A stretch of 64,000 nt of DNA from Nannocystales bacterium (GCA_050633305.1 JBOEGF010000013.1:224001-288000); one strand, 5' to 3'; positions 28,057-40,725 are shown, counted from the stretch's first letter. The notes: generated by a model from the letters alone, not told the origin. Translations and numbers: made by a program.

Positions 28057-29817
28057 TTACCGTCTCACGGCGACCCCATCTGTGCCGATTCTATAGCCGT
28101 TTTGCTGAAGAAACTGAACCTCGCGGCCGAAGATCGAGCGCACCCTTTGTCCTCCGTTGAGGACGAATTCACCGGTTCGGGTGGTGACATAGATCGCGAC
28201 ATCATCGGCCGGATTGGACACGAGCCGGATCGCATCTCCCCTGCGAATCGCCTCTTGGAGCCACGGTCTGTTGACAGTCGTGAAGAACTCGTCGGTCACG
28301 CGCCTCCAGAACTGCGCTTCGTCGACCTGGCGCAACGCGTGATGCGTTTGCTGAAGTTGCTGCCACCGAGGTGACCTCAAGATGTTGATGCCGCCAGGGT
28401 TGTCGCCCATGAGGGTGATGCCGTTGATGTCGCCATCGGGGGTCAGTCCACGGCGGGCGACGGTGTTGGTGTCGTCCAGTGTGCCGACGATCGTTGTCGT
28501 CTTGGTTCGAGAGAGCCGAATGGTGTTGCCTCCGAACAGGGCGCCCCGGCGAGAGACGATCGTCAGGTGCTGACCGCGTACGAATCGTCCAAACAGGCTG
28601 TCACCAGGACTGCGGAGTTCCGCCTCGGCGCCGACTCCGGTCCGAGGAGCGTCGGGCCCGTCGCCGCCGTTGGCCGCCCGTAGTTCGTCATTCAGATCTG
28701 CGTGCGCGGGGGATCGCGACGGCTGGCTTCGCGGACGCCGGAGCGACTCTCGTAAGGTGTCGCGGGCGCGCCTGCCGGCCGCACCGAGGCGTCGTGCGCT
28801 GACCTGGGCTGCGTCCATCGCCCGACTCAGGACCCTCACCGAACGTGCCCAGCGGATGATCATCCCAATGCGGCCCGTGAGTGCGAGCGCGGCCGCCCCG
28901 AGCGTGAAGATGGTGAGCAGAACCGTGGCGATGAGGTAGCCGACGACCCAACCCCGAAAGTGTCCGCGGCGCAGCGCGGAGTCATGGTTCCACTTGGCGA
29001 CGAACTCCTCGAACAGCCCCGTGGCGGCCTGCTGAATCGCGCTGAGCGAGAGCGAATCCCACAGCGCTCTCGCCCTGGTGAGTAGCTCTCCCGCGATGAG
29101 GACCTTGATGAAGTCCCAGACCATACCGACCAGATCGAAGATCCCGACGATCATGTCCCAGACGCACTCCAGCGCTCCGTGGATCAGTCCCCCGATGAAC
29201 CCAGCACTGAACTTGACCCACTCCCAGGCTTCGCTGGCGGTCCGCACGACGGCATTCCACAGGTCTCTGCGGAACGAACCGGCAGAGACTTGCCCCTCGA
29301 GCGTGTTGGCAAACTCGACGCTCGGCACCCAAATGAGGTAGTTCGCCCGGGTCTGCGTGGAGTCCCAGGGTCCATCGAGCCTTGCACGGTAGACACCCCT
29401 TGCCTCTCCCGCGTCACTCCAGTTCGCGTGGACCAACACGTTCACGTAGAAGCGCTCATCACGACCTCTCTCGACCCCCTCGCTGAAGTGCTGACGGGCG
29501 ATCTGTTGGGCGGTCTCGCCGGGGCGCACGTAGTGCAGGACTGCATTGGGCTCCGGCGCTCCGACGGAGACTTTGGACTGGTCGACGTAACCCACGGCTC
29601 CGTCATCGGTCGACACCATCAGCCAGCCGGCCGGGCTCCTCAGCCGCAAGATGACAAAAACGCGATCGTTGAAGCGTAGGTTGGCGACGGTCCTCGAGCC
29701 ACTCCCTGGCAGCTCAAACACCGAGACCGCCCCCGACAGCTGCCGAATTCGTCCAAACTCTTCGACCTCGTCGCCGTTGATACTTGGGAGGTCTGGTACC
29801 TGGATGGCGCGACTCAT
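28057..29817 (-). CDS. Putative polymorphic toxin: SH3-like + LysM-like + hydrophobic helices + C-terminal toxin domain
   Basis: GW..VST.DG..GYV (SH3b), HYVRPGETA..IA (LysM-like), Gly-rich hydrophobic helices; tip TTTIVG...NPGGINIL...FW...NRPWL..AI.RGD.I.L.S.P...FGRE..FL...GY; GGAGG RBS. Confidence 0.75.
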   Translation of the reverse strand: MSRAIQVPDLPSINGDEVEEFGRIRQLSGAVSVFELPGSGSRTVANLRFNDRVFVILRLRSPAGWLMVSTDDGAVGYVDQSKVSVGAPEPNAVLHYVRPGETAQQIARQHFSEGVERGRDERFYVNVLVHANWSDAGEARGVYRARLDGPWDSTQTRANYLIWVPSVEFANTLEGQVSAGSFRRDLWNAVVRTASEAWEWVKFSAGFIGGLIHGALECVWDMIVGIFDLVGMVWDFIKVLIAGELLTRARALWDSLSLSAIQQAATGLFEEFVAKWNHDSALRRGHFRGWVVGYLIATVLLTIFTLGAAALALTGRIGMIIRWARSVRVLSRAMDAAQVSARRLGAAGRRARDTLRESLRRPRSQPSRSPAHADLNDELRAANGGDGPDAPRTGVGAEAELRSPGDSLFGRFVRGQHLTIVSRRGALFGGNTIRLSRTKTTTIVGTLDDTNTVARRGLTPDGDINGITLMGDNPGGINILRSPRWQQLQQTHHALRQVDEAQFWRRVTDEFFTTVNRPWLQEAIRRGDAIRLVSNPADDVAIYVTTRTGEFVLNGGQRVRSIFGREVQFLQQNGYRIGTDGVAVRR

Positions 29818-30029
29818 GTGCTCAACCTCCCCACCCGACGAGCATAACCGCCCTCGCAAGAGGGGCAACTGAACTCGCGGGAACAATCTCGCTGGCCACA
29901 GCCCGATGTGCGCACGAGGACCGTCCGGAGGATGCGCGATCGCCACCGACCAGGATGGCGGACCGGGGTCGACACTCCCGCCAAACCAGGCGGTCAGAAA
30001 AGACCGGTCGTGCCCCCTACAATACAAGG

Positions 30030-30431
30030 ATGCGGCTGTACGTCTTTGGCAACGGCAACCTCTCCTTCGAAGCGTTCTGTGAGCGCTATGTTCCGGCTCT
30101 CGAACAAGCGTTGAGCGCTGAGGCAGGCTTCGTCGTATGTGACTTCCGCGGGGCGGATACGCTGACGTTGGAGTGGCTCAAGACGCGAACGGCGGATGTC
30201 GAGGTCCTGCACGTGGGTGAACGCCCGCGCTATCTGCCCGACCGCTACCGAACACGGGTGAGCAACTGGACGATCACCGGCGGGTTCGCGTCCGACCATG
30301 AGCGAGACGAAGCCGCCCTCCAACAATGTACCCATGTTTTAGGCCACGATTTTAACAGCAAACCCGAGCGCATCAGTGGAACCGCCAAACTCCTTGCGAG
30401 AGCAGACGAGCTCGGCCGCTCGCGATGTTGA
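30030..30431 (+). CDS. SLOG-superfamily-like small protein
   Basis: FVVCDFRGADTL...L, GGF.S..ERD.A, SGT motifs. Confidence 0.6.
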   Translation: MRLYVFGNGNLSFEAFCERYVPALEQALSAEAGFVVCDFRGADTLTLEWLKTRTADVEVLHVGERPRYLPDRYRTRVSNWTITGGFASDHERDEAALQQCTHVLGHDFNSKPERISGTAKLLARADELGRSRC

Positions 30432-30569
30432 CCCCTCCAAGCCAGTGGGCCGCGCCGATCCAAGGCGCAAGGCCCCGGGCCTCGCTGCTGTCGTACAGGT
30501 ACAGCTGGAAGAAGCGGGCGAGCACCTCCTTGTCGGCCAGGCCGACCCTCGCGATCGTCACCGCACCCG

Positions 30570-31540
30570 TCACGCGTCGGCGAAGCCCGAGGAGCCCGAA
30601 GGCGAGCAGCGCCTGCCATCCGCCCCCGCTGCTTGAATGACAGCCACAGCCCTCGCCGTTGCTGTCCGCACCAGGGGCATCCTCAGAGACGCCCGAGCTT
30701 CCCTCGTCTTCGGGGTCGGGCCTGGGCTCCGGGCCCCCTGTGTCATCGGAAGCCGTACCGCCGCTCAACAGACCGCCGCTGGACGTGTCCCCCTCGCCAT
30801 CGTCGTCGTCTGGCGCGGGACCGCAGCTGGACGTGTCCATCGTGCCACCTTCAGCTCCTCCGGTCGAAGTCGTCTCGCCGGGCTCCGCACTGAAGGGCGT
30901 GCCGCAGGTCGCGCTCGGACCATTGGCCCAGGACTCGGAGGTCTGTGACCCGTCATGCGGGGCCAACGGAGACGCGCGGCAGCGCTCGTCGGGATTCCAT
31001 GTGCCGTCGGCATCGTGGCAGGGCGAGATGTCGAAACCAGCTCCGCCTTCGATCCACGGCATCACGTGCGCGAAGGTGGAGTAGAGCGCTCCGTAGCCGC
31101 AGTCGTTCTGCTGGTCGGAGGGGAAATCGGGGTGCAGTCGGAGCCCGCTCCGAGCACCCGCCAGCTCCCATCCTCGAGCTGAATGACCGCCGGACCCCCA
31201 CTGTCTCCGGGGCAGGCGCTGGATCCACCGCCGAGCAAGAAGAGGGTCTCGAGAAACACCTGCTCCAGCGTCTGGATGGTGAGCCGCTTGGTGCCGACGC
31301 CCTCGACGTCCTCCCAACCGAACTCGCCGAGGTTGGCTTGCGTGGCGCCATAGCCGACGATCGTCACCTCGGCGCCAGGCTGCAGCGCGTCGACTTCGCA
31401 GCCCATCAGCGGCGGCACGATCGGAACGTCGACGTTTTGCGAGAGCACGCAGTAGGCGACGTCGTAGCCCTCGGTTCCGTCTTCGCCGTCATAGGTGGGA
31501 GGTGTGTCGCAGAACTGAACGCCGACCGTTCCATCGGGGG
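30570..31540 (-). pseudogene. Frameshifted, 5'-truncated trypsin-like protease with a MYXO-CTERM tail
   Basis: DVAYC and CPGDSGGP in one frame; frameshift near 31140; continuation PWIE...PCHDADGTW.P and GCGC...LLAFGLLGLRRR in another frame; no catalytic His motif. Confidence 0.8.
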
Positions 31541-31584
31541 AGGTTCCGAGGTTGGCTTGACGATCGGTTCTTTGGCTCGCCCGG

Positions 31585-32406
31585 TCAGCGCCAGGCCCCG
31601 ACGCGGCGGAACGTCGACGGGCTCATTCCCGTGTGGGCCCGAAACACCCTCGAGAAATGACTCGGACTGGAAAACCCGAGCTCCAGCCCCAGGCGGCCCA
31701 CCGGGGTCTCGGTCACCTGCAGCTGGATCTTGGCGGAGGCGACCCGTTCTTGCTGAAGTAAGGCGAATGCTGTCAATCCATAGCGGTCGCGCAGTGCTGC
31801 GTTGAGCGCTCGCGGGGTCGAGCCGACCGCGTGTGCGAGGCCGCCGAGGGACGGTGGGGAGTCGAGTTGTGCGCACAGGCGGTCCCTTGCGCGCAGCGCG
31901 ACGTCGTCCGGCGCCGGGTCGGAGTCCTCGAGCTGGGCGAGCAGTTGCATCGCGTACGCCTCCCGCCGCAGCGAGCGCTGGGGAAGGGCAGGGTCCAGCA
32001 AGGCCACTGCGGCGTGCAGCGCGTGCGCATCGAGGCGTTGGGACGTCCTCGCGCCGACCGGTTGGGAAAGATGAAAAATGATCCGTCGGGCTCGCTGACC
32101 ACCTGGGGAGACGTGGCGCTGCGTCGTTCCGCGGAGTCGGAGCGCTGTCCCGGGCTCCGCGGACCGCCGGAGCCCGGATTCATAGACATCGAGTGCCCCG
32201 TCGACGACGACGACGATGGTCTCCACGACCGGCTTCAATGCGACGCGCGGTTCGCTTACCAGGGCTTGTCGTAACTGGAGGTCGGCCGTGGAGACCGCTC
32301 CTCGGGTGAGCCGACTGCGAACGATGCGGCCTCGACCGACGCTGGGAGGGATTGCATACAGTCCGTCCTTCACGCGGGAAGCGGTGCCGCCGACGGCAAG
32401 GTCCAT
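31585..32406 (-). CDS. AraC family transcriptional regulator
   Basis: PSL..LA..VG...R.L and GLELGFSSPSHFSRVFR.HTGMSP..FR. Confidence 0.88.
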   Translation of the reverse strand: MDLAVGGTASRVKDGLYAIPPSVGRGRIVRSRLTRGAVSTADLQLRQALVSEPRVALKPVVETIVVVVDGALDVYESGLRRSAEPGTALRLRGTTQRHVSPGGQRARRIIFHLSQPVGARTSQRLDAHALHAAVALLDPALPQRSLRREAYAMQLLAQLEDSDPAPDDVALRARDRLCAQLDSPPSLGGLAHAVGSTPRALNAALRDRYGLTAFALLQQERVASAKIQLQVTETPVGRLGLELGFSSPSHFSRVFRAHTGMSPSTFRRVGAWR

Positions 32407-32531
32407 GCAATGGAAGCGTAGCAGCAGGCGACGGGGTCCGGGGACGCGGTGCGAGCGCAGCCGACTCCGAGATGACAGCAAGCGGTCGATGTCGTGTCAG
32501 CGCCGGAGGGCTCGCCGGTCCAGGCTGACCG

Positions 32532-33644
32532 GTGTTGAAGTTTGCGTCCACTCGTCGGCGGAACCTTGTCGTCGTCTATGCGCTTGTCGCAGCCGCCGAG
32601 GGACTGCCCGCCGCGCTGCTGCTGCCCGTTCGCACGCTGAGCCTGACCCGCCCGATCGGCGCCGTCTCGACGCTGGGCGTTCTTGCTTCGTCCGCCGCCG
32701 CAGCCTCCCTGCTCGGAGGATGGTTGGCGCGGCGTTCGCCGTCCGCGGTTGTTCGGCGCGGGCTGGCCCTGGCCGGGGTTGGGAGCTGGGGTTGGGCGAC
32801 CGGGACCGGGTTCGATGAAGCCTGGGCGTTGGTGGTCGGAGCCGGGGTGGGATTGGTGCAACCGGGGGTACTCGCCTTGGGTTGCGTGGAGGTGCGTCCC
32901 GGGCGACAGGGGCGGGAGGTCGGGTTGTATGGCGCGGCGGCGTCCGTTGGGCTGGGCGCTGCCGGCCTTGCGGGAGCGTTCTTTGCGGGAGCTGTGGAGG
33001 TCGGGCTCGTCGGGCTTGGCGCGTTGTTGCTGGTGTCCGTACTCGCGGTCCGCTCGCCGCCTTCGGCCTCCTTCCGCGAGTCGACGGCGCGGGTTCGACT
33101 TCCGTGGAATGCGTGGAGCCTTGCGCTGACCGCGGGTGCACTCCGCTATGGAGTCGTGGCCAGCCTGCCGATCCTGGCGGTGACTCAATGGGGGACGACC
33201 CGGAGGATCGCCGCGTTGCTGCTCCTGGCGGGCGTTGGCGCCGCGGTTCCGTGCAAGCTGATCATCACAGCCGCGACGGACCGATTCCCGGCCAACCGCG
33301 TCGTGCAGACTTGTGCGTTCGCAGTTCTCATCTGTGGTGGGGCCGTCTTCGAGAGCACGACCGCGCTCACCGGAACAAGCGGCGCTGTCGTGTTCATCGG
33401 CCTCGTTGCGGCCTTGTTGTCGCTGGCGAATCTACAGGCGCTCCGGCTCGATGCGATCGATCCGCTTCAGCTGGGCGTCGTCCGTTGTGCGCAGCTGGGC
33501 GGCGGAGCAGCCACGCTGATGCTGTCCTCGCTGGTGGTTGGCGAGGACGCACGGGTGTGGGTGTACGTCCTGCTGTCATCGCCGCTGCTGGTGAGCGGAT
33601 TCCTGCCATCCCTCCGACGTTGGAGTTCTGCAGATGGACGCTGA
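32532..33644 (+). CDS. MFS-like transporter (divergent)
   Basis: About 11-12 hydrophobic helices; GGWLARR and TDRF motif-A-like loops. Confidence 0.7.
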   Translation: MLKFASTRRRNLVVVYALVAAAEGLPAALLLPVRTLSLTRPIGAVSTLGVLASSAAAASLLGGWLARRSPSAVVRRGLALAGVGSWGWATGTGFDEAWALVVGAGVGLVQPGVLALGCVEVRPGRQGREVGLYGAAASVGLGAAGLAGAFFAGAVEVGLVGLGALLLVSVLAVRSPPSASFRESTARVRLPWNAWSLALTAGALRYGVVASLPILAVTQWGTTRRIAALLLLAGVGAAVPCKLIITAATDRFPANRVVQTCAFAVLICGGAVFESTTALTGTSGAVVFIGLVAALLSLANLQALRLDAIDPLQLGVVRCAQLGGGAATLMLSSLVVGEDARVWVYVLLSSPLLVSGFLPSLRRWSSADGR

Positions 33645-34605
33645 AATCACGCTGAGCCGGCGGGCGCTTCTTGTTCTCGTTTCTGTTGCCTCCGCAGTCG
33701 CATGCAAACCGTTTCATCCCATGAAGGAATCCCCGACTCTCTCCGCATCCCTTCCCTCTCGACTCCGTCGCGTTTCTCTTGGCCCAGTCGACATCGCGCT
33801 ACGCTCGACGCCCGGCCAAGGTCTCGCGGTCCTGTATATCCATGGGTCCCTCGAAGACCATCGTGGCTGGCAGGCGACGATCGACGCGCTGCAACGCCGT
33901 CGCTCCTGTCATACCGTGGCATACGATCGGCGGGGCCACGGATGCAGTACAGACGTGTCTGGCCAGGGGACACTGAGCGCCGATGTCGACGATGCCGAGG
34001 CTCTCATTGCGCAGGAGTTGCAAGGCGTCGCGCATGTGATCGGCCATTCCTACGGGGCCACGGTCGCGATGGAGTTGGCACGCCGATGCCCGACCCGCGT
34101 CGCGAGTCTCTTCCTCCACGAGCCCCCGCTGTTCGGACTGCTGCGCGATGACCCGGACCTCTTCCCCTTGCTGGTCGAAGCGAAAGCCGGAATGTCGGAC
34201 GCGATGTCCCTCATTCGTGCCGGAGAGGTCGAGCTTGGCGTCGAAGCCTTCATCGACCGGGTTGCGTTTGGTCCCGGTACGTGGAGGAACGGAATGGACA
34301 CCGAAACTCGGGGACGGATGCTGTGCCATGCCGATACCTGGCTCGATCAAGCTCGAGATCCTCAGCGGCTGTCGATCAGCCTCGAAGGGCTTCGCACGCT
34401 GGTGAATCGCGCGACCCTGAGCACAGGGAGCCGGAGCCTCCCGACGTTCGACGCGGTCTCGAAGAGGGTCCTCGAGGCGTTCCCACAGTTGCGGCGGGTC
34501 GTCGTTGATGGTGGTGGCCACGACGCGCCGGCGACACATCCCGAGGTCTTTGCCGATCTCGTCGACGCACACCTTGGGCGGACCCCCAAGCCCCTCCCGA
34601 GCTAA
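33634..34605 (+). CDS. Alpha/beta hydrolase
   Basis: YIHG, YDRRGHG.S, GHSYG nucleophile elbow, HEPP, GGGHD. Confidence 0.92.
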   Translation: MDAEITLSRRALLVLVSVASAVACKPFHPMKESPTLSASLPSRLRRVSLGPVDIALRSTPGQGLAVLYIHGSLEDHRGWQATIDALQRRRSCHTVAYDRRGHGCSTDVSGQGTLSADVDDAEALIAQELQGVAHVIGHSYGATVAMELARRCPTRVASLFLHEPPLFGLLRDDPDLFPLLVEAKAGMSDAMSLIRAGEVELGVEAFIDRVAFGPGTWRNGMDTETRGRMLCHADTWLDQARDPQRLSISLEGLRTLVNRATLSTGSRSLPTFDAVSKRVLEAFPQLRRVVVDGGGHDAPATHPEVFADLVDAHLGRTPKPLPS

Positions 34606-34850
34606 GGCAACGTGGAGGCCGTTGACAACTGCACCGCCGTTGCAGGCGGTTGGTACTACGACGACCCGATCTCCCGCGCAGATCATCCTGTGTCCACAAA
34701 CCTGTGCGCGCTTCGAGGGCGTCGACGAGGCGAGTCGCTACGGCGGGTCCGCGTCGGCGGACGAATCCTCGGGGCTGGGCCCGACCGCCCCTTCAACCGT
34801 GGACGCAGAGGGGTCGCCCTCCTCGATGCGCACCCGGTCGATCGCGTCGG
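34606..34850. repeat. Diverged direct repeat, copy 2 (frameshifted vWA-lipoprotein tail plus intact AI-2E 3' end)
   Basis: Starts immediately after the hydrolase stop; encodes NVEAVDNCTAVAGGWYYDDP, then shifts frame. Confidence 0.9.
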
Positions 34851-35970
34851 TGCGGAGGATGGACTCCGGAGGAACACCTTTGGGAAGGCGAACCTTGGCC
34901 AGCACCTTGCGACGTGGTGAGGGCGGTGCGACCTCGGGCTCGGAGCTGGAACCCAACAGGACCGACACCCAGTGAAGCTCCTCGCTGCGCTCCAACACCA
35001 GCCGGACCACGATGGTCAGCGGCACGGAGAGAAGCCCGCCCATCGGTCCCCAGACCCACAGCCAGAACGCCAGCGAGACGAACACGACCAGCGGGGAGAT
35101 GCCGAGGCGGCGGCCCATGAGCTGAGGCTCGATGATGCTGCCGAAGACGGTGTTGATCACGACGTAGCCGAACCCGACCAACGCGGCGACACCGATGCCA
35201 AGGTCGGGCTGAATCATCGCGGTGATGACGGCGGGAATGGAGGCGATGATCGATCCGACGGTCGGGATGAAGTTGAGCAGGAAGGCGACCGTCCCCCACA
35301 ACAACGGGAAGTCGACACCCAGCGCCCAGAGCAAGAGGGTGGCGGCGGCCCCCGTGACGAGCGAGACGACGGTCTTGATCGCCAGGTAGCGCTGGATCTC
35401 GAGCAGCATCGACTTCCATTGACCCAGATCGTCATCGGGGTCGGAGATCGCGATACGGATCTTCTTGGGGAACGTCGTCGCCTCGAGCAGCACGAACATC
35501 ATCGTGAGCAGCACGAGCGCCGTGTTGGAGGCGGCCCCCACGAGTCCTCCGAGGAAGTTCATCGACAGCTCGAGGAACCGCTCGGGGTGCAGAACCGTGG
35601 AGATCTGCGAAGACTCGATCGGGACGCCGTGGGAGCGGGACCAGGCGAGGACCGAGGTTGTGCGTTCTGCCATGGCCGAGCGGTAGCCCGGAAGGGCTTC
35701 TTCGTAGCCCGCGAACGCGGTCGTGAGTAGCGCTCCGAAGCCGACGAGCGCTGCGAACACGAAGGCCAGCGCGATGGTGACAGCGACCGGGGCAGGCAGG
35801 CGTCGCTCTTCGAGCCAGAGCACAACCGGAGCCACGAGCACCGACAGCAAGACGGCCAAGAGGAATGGCGGCAAGAGCGTATCGGCCTGGCGCAAGCCCG
35901 CGACGATGATCACCAGCGCGGCGATCGTCACGAGCGACTGCGAGCCGAAGCCCCGGGACGAGGTGCTCAT
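34738..35970 (-). CDS. AI-2E family transporter
   Basis: PFLLAVLL, YL.IKT.VS..TG, AFLLNFIPTVGS, IEPQLMGRRLGISP.VVF.SL.FW..VWG..G.LLSVPLT. Confidence 0.95.
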   Translation of the reverse strand: MSTSSRGFGSQSLVTIAALVIIVAGLRQADTLLPPFLLAVLLSVLVAPVVLWLEERRLPAPVAVTIALAFVFAALVGFGALLTTAFAGYEEALPGYRSAMAERTTSVLAWSRSHGVPIESSQISTVLHPERFLELSMNFLGGLVGAASNTALVLLTMMFVLLEATTFPKKIRIAISDPDDDLGQWKSMLLEIQRYLAIKTVVSLVTGAAATLLLWALGVDFPLLWGTVAFLLNFIPTVGSIIASIPAVITAMIQPDLGIGVAALVGFGYVVINTVFGSIIEPQLMGRRLGISPLVVFVSLAFWLWVWGPMGGLLSVPLTIVVRLVLERSEELHWVSVLLGSSSEPEVAPPSPRRKVLAKVRLPKGVPPESILRTDAIDRVRIEEGDPSASTVEGAVGPSPEDSSADADPP

Positions 35971-36008
35971 GGGCCGGGCGAGTATAGCCCGTTGTCGAGC
36001 TCGTGCCC

Positions 36009-37220
36009 TCAGCCCATCGAACAGCCTGGCTCGAGCTCGACACCCCACAGGCAGAGCCCGGGGAACAGACTGTCATCGCAGAACATGCCGTTCGGGCAGG
36101 TCTGGCCGTCCGCGCAAGACAGCAGGCACGTGTTCCCATCGCCCAGGTCATCGCGACAAACAACCTCGGAGTCGCCTGTGGCTGGCACCGGACAATCTGC
36201 GGTGGAGTCGCAAGTCTCGGCGCAGAAGCACAGCTCGAGGCAGTCGTTGCCGCCGCCAAACGCTCCTGGACACGCGTCAACCTGGGAGGAGCACCAGTCG
36301 TAGTTTGGCTCAGCATCCTCGGGAGGGCACTGGAATGGGTCGGGCGCAGACTCCACCCCGCACACCGAGAGGCCCTCGGGGGGTTCGCCACACGAACCCA
36401 GACAGGTCTGTTCTCCGACCGAACACGGATGGGCCGCGTCGCAGAGGTTCGTGCAACACGAGTCGGTCTCACAGCCCGGCCCGTAGACGTCGGCCGGAAC
36501 GCACGACAGACCCGAACCGCAGGCGAAGGAGCATTCCTCGCCTTCGGACGCTGGGAGGTCACCCCCGCTCTGGCACACCGAGCCGCTGGGGCCCGTTTGG
36601 CAGACCTCCGACGGGTCCGGGCAACTCGGCTCGAACGGATCGCAAGTCGGCAGGCAGCCCAATGGACCGTCTCCGCCACCGACACAAACACTTCCTTCGC
36701 CGCACGTCTTCTGGTCGCCGCAGAACGGAATGCAATAGCCGGATGCCGCGTCGGGTCCGGGAGTCCAACAGAACGACTGCTCGCCGCAGTTGTCGAACCC
36801 CAGAGCATCGCCGTAGAGACACGGCTCGCCGTCTGCAACGGGCTCGCTGTCCACAGGGACGCACACGGTGCCTTCGGTCACCGGCCACACCGAGGTGTCA
36901 CCGCTCCAGTTGTGCGTGCACTTGTAGCAATCTGGGCAGTCCTGCTGCGTGGTCAAACAGTTCCATACCTCGGGGTTGTCCAGGGGGGGCGGGTCGTCAC
37001 AACTCGCGCCTGTGCTCGATGATGTTGTGGCGGGCTCCAGCGGTCCGTCGGTCGTGGGCTCACTCGTCGAACTCGAACTCGCGCCCGGTATCGCGGTGCC
37101 GCCGGACGTCGGGTCGGTGTCACCCGTCGAGGCCGCTTCGGTGCCGCCCATCTCGGCGGCGGCTCCACAGCCGACGAGACACCACACGAAAACAGCAATT
37201 CCTCTCCTCGGCACCGTCAC
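36009..37220 (-). CDS. Cys-rich lipoprotein (start approximate)
   Basis: LVGC lipobox; QDCP...KC, DNC....FCW, C.PFC, CLP.CDP repeats. Confidence 0.85.
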   Translation of the reverse strand: MTVPRRGIAVFVWCLVGCGAAAEMGGTEAASTGDTDPTSGGTAIPGASSSSTSEPTTDGPLEPATTSSSTGASCDDPPPLDNPEVWNCLTTQQDCPDCYKCTHNWSGDTSVWPVTEGTVCVPVDSEPVADGEPCLYGDALGFDNCGEQSFCWTPGPDAASGYCIPFCGDQKTCGEGSVCVGGGDGPLGCLPTCDPFEPSCPDPSEVCQTGPSGSVCQSGGDLPASEGEECSFACGSGLSCVPADVYGPGCETDSCCTNLCDAAHPCSVGEQTCLGSCGEPPEGLSVCGVESAPDPFQCPPEDAEPNYDWCSSQVDACPGAFGGGNDCLELCFCAETCDSTADCPVPATGDSEVVCRDDLGDGNTCLLSCADGQTCPNGMFCDDSLFPGLCLWGVELEPGCSMG

Positions 37221-37315
37221 ATAGCTAACATAACGCAAAGTCGGACGGTAATCGAGGGATCTTCGCCGACTCGATTCCGGCCCGAGCACCGCCGAACGCT
37301 CGTGGCGAACCCCGA

Positions 37316-39877
<2,562 letters not shown>

Positions 39878-39928
39878 GTACTCAAGCTTATCGCAAGATC
39901 GGGCAGCGGGCCGGGCCCAGGTCGGGAC

Positions 39929-40324
39929 TCAAGGTTCGCTCCAACGGGCCGCAATGCCGGCTCTGCTGTCCAACCCCGACTTGGTGAGCACGCGGTGAAC
40001 GTGGTCCTTCACCGTCCCCACCGAGATTCCCAGCGCCAGCGCGATGTCGCGGTTGCGCAGGCCCACCGCCACCAAGCCCGCGACCTCCCGCTCCCGCGGC
40101 GAGAGACCCTCGAACACGGACTGTTCCTCTCGACACGGGCGGAGCACCACCAACGGCTGCCCGAGCGCCTCTGCGGCATCGAAATCGATGGTCATCCCCA
40201 CGCCCGGGGGCAGCGCGTCGGCAAGCGAGGCCAAAACGTCGCGCGGAATGTGGCGGCCACGAGCCTCTTTCACCGCGCTCAGCGCCTCGCGCAACGCCAC
40301 CAACCGCTCCGACCCCAGCTCCAT
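39929..40324 (-). CDS. LuxR-type HTH regulator
   Basis: LSPREREVA.LVA.GLRN.DIA..LGIS..TVKDHV. Confidence 0.92.
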   Translation of the reverse strand: MELGSERLVALREALSAVKEARGRHIPRDVLASLADALPPGVGMTIDFDAAEALGQPLVVLRPCREEQSVFEGLSPREREVAGLVAVGLRNRDIALALGISVGTVKDHVHRVLTKSGLDSRAGIAARWSEP

Positions 40325-40374
40325 CCATCCAAGGATGGATTGTCTCCGATGAGCCGTCTACCTACTGTCCTCGC

Positions 40375-40725
40375 ATGAAACCGCTGGAAGTCGCCCAACG
40401 ATACTTCGACGCCATGAAGGCCGGTCCAGACGCTGCCGCAGACCTGTTTGCGCTCTTCGCCGACGATGCGACCTACGTGGAGCCCTTTGCGGGTACGCCC
40501 CGCACTCACGAAGGGCGGACTGCAATCGAGGCCTGCTTCGAGGGAAGCTGGAAGAACACACCGCCCGACCTCGAACTCGAGGTCAACCGCGTAGACGTGG
40601 ACGGCAACACCGTACGCAGCGAATGGACCTGTAGCTCCCCCGCTTTCGACGCGCCGATCAAGGGCGTCGACGTCTGCACGGTGGAACATGGCCGAATCAA
40701 GCGGCTCGAGGTGAGCTTCGGATGA
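40375..40725 (+). CDS. SnoaL/NTF2-like protein
   Basis: LFADDATYVEP..G....GR.AI; GVDV.TVE.GRI.RL. Confidence 0.9.
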   Translation: MKPLEVAQRYFDAMKAGPDAAADLFALFADDATYVEPFAGTPRTHEGRTAIEACFEGSWKNTPPDLELEVNRVDVDGNTVRSEWTCSSPAFDAPIKGVDVCTVEHGRIKRLEVSFG

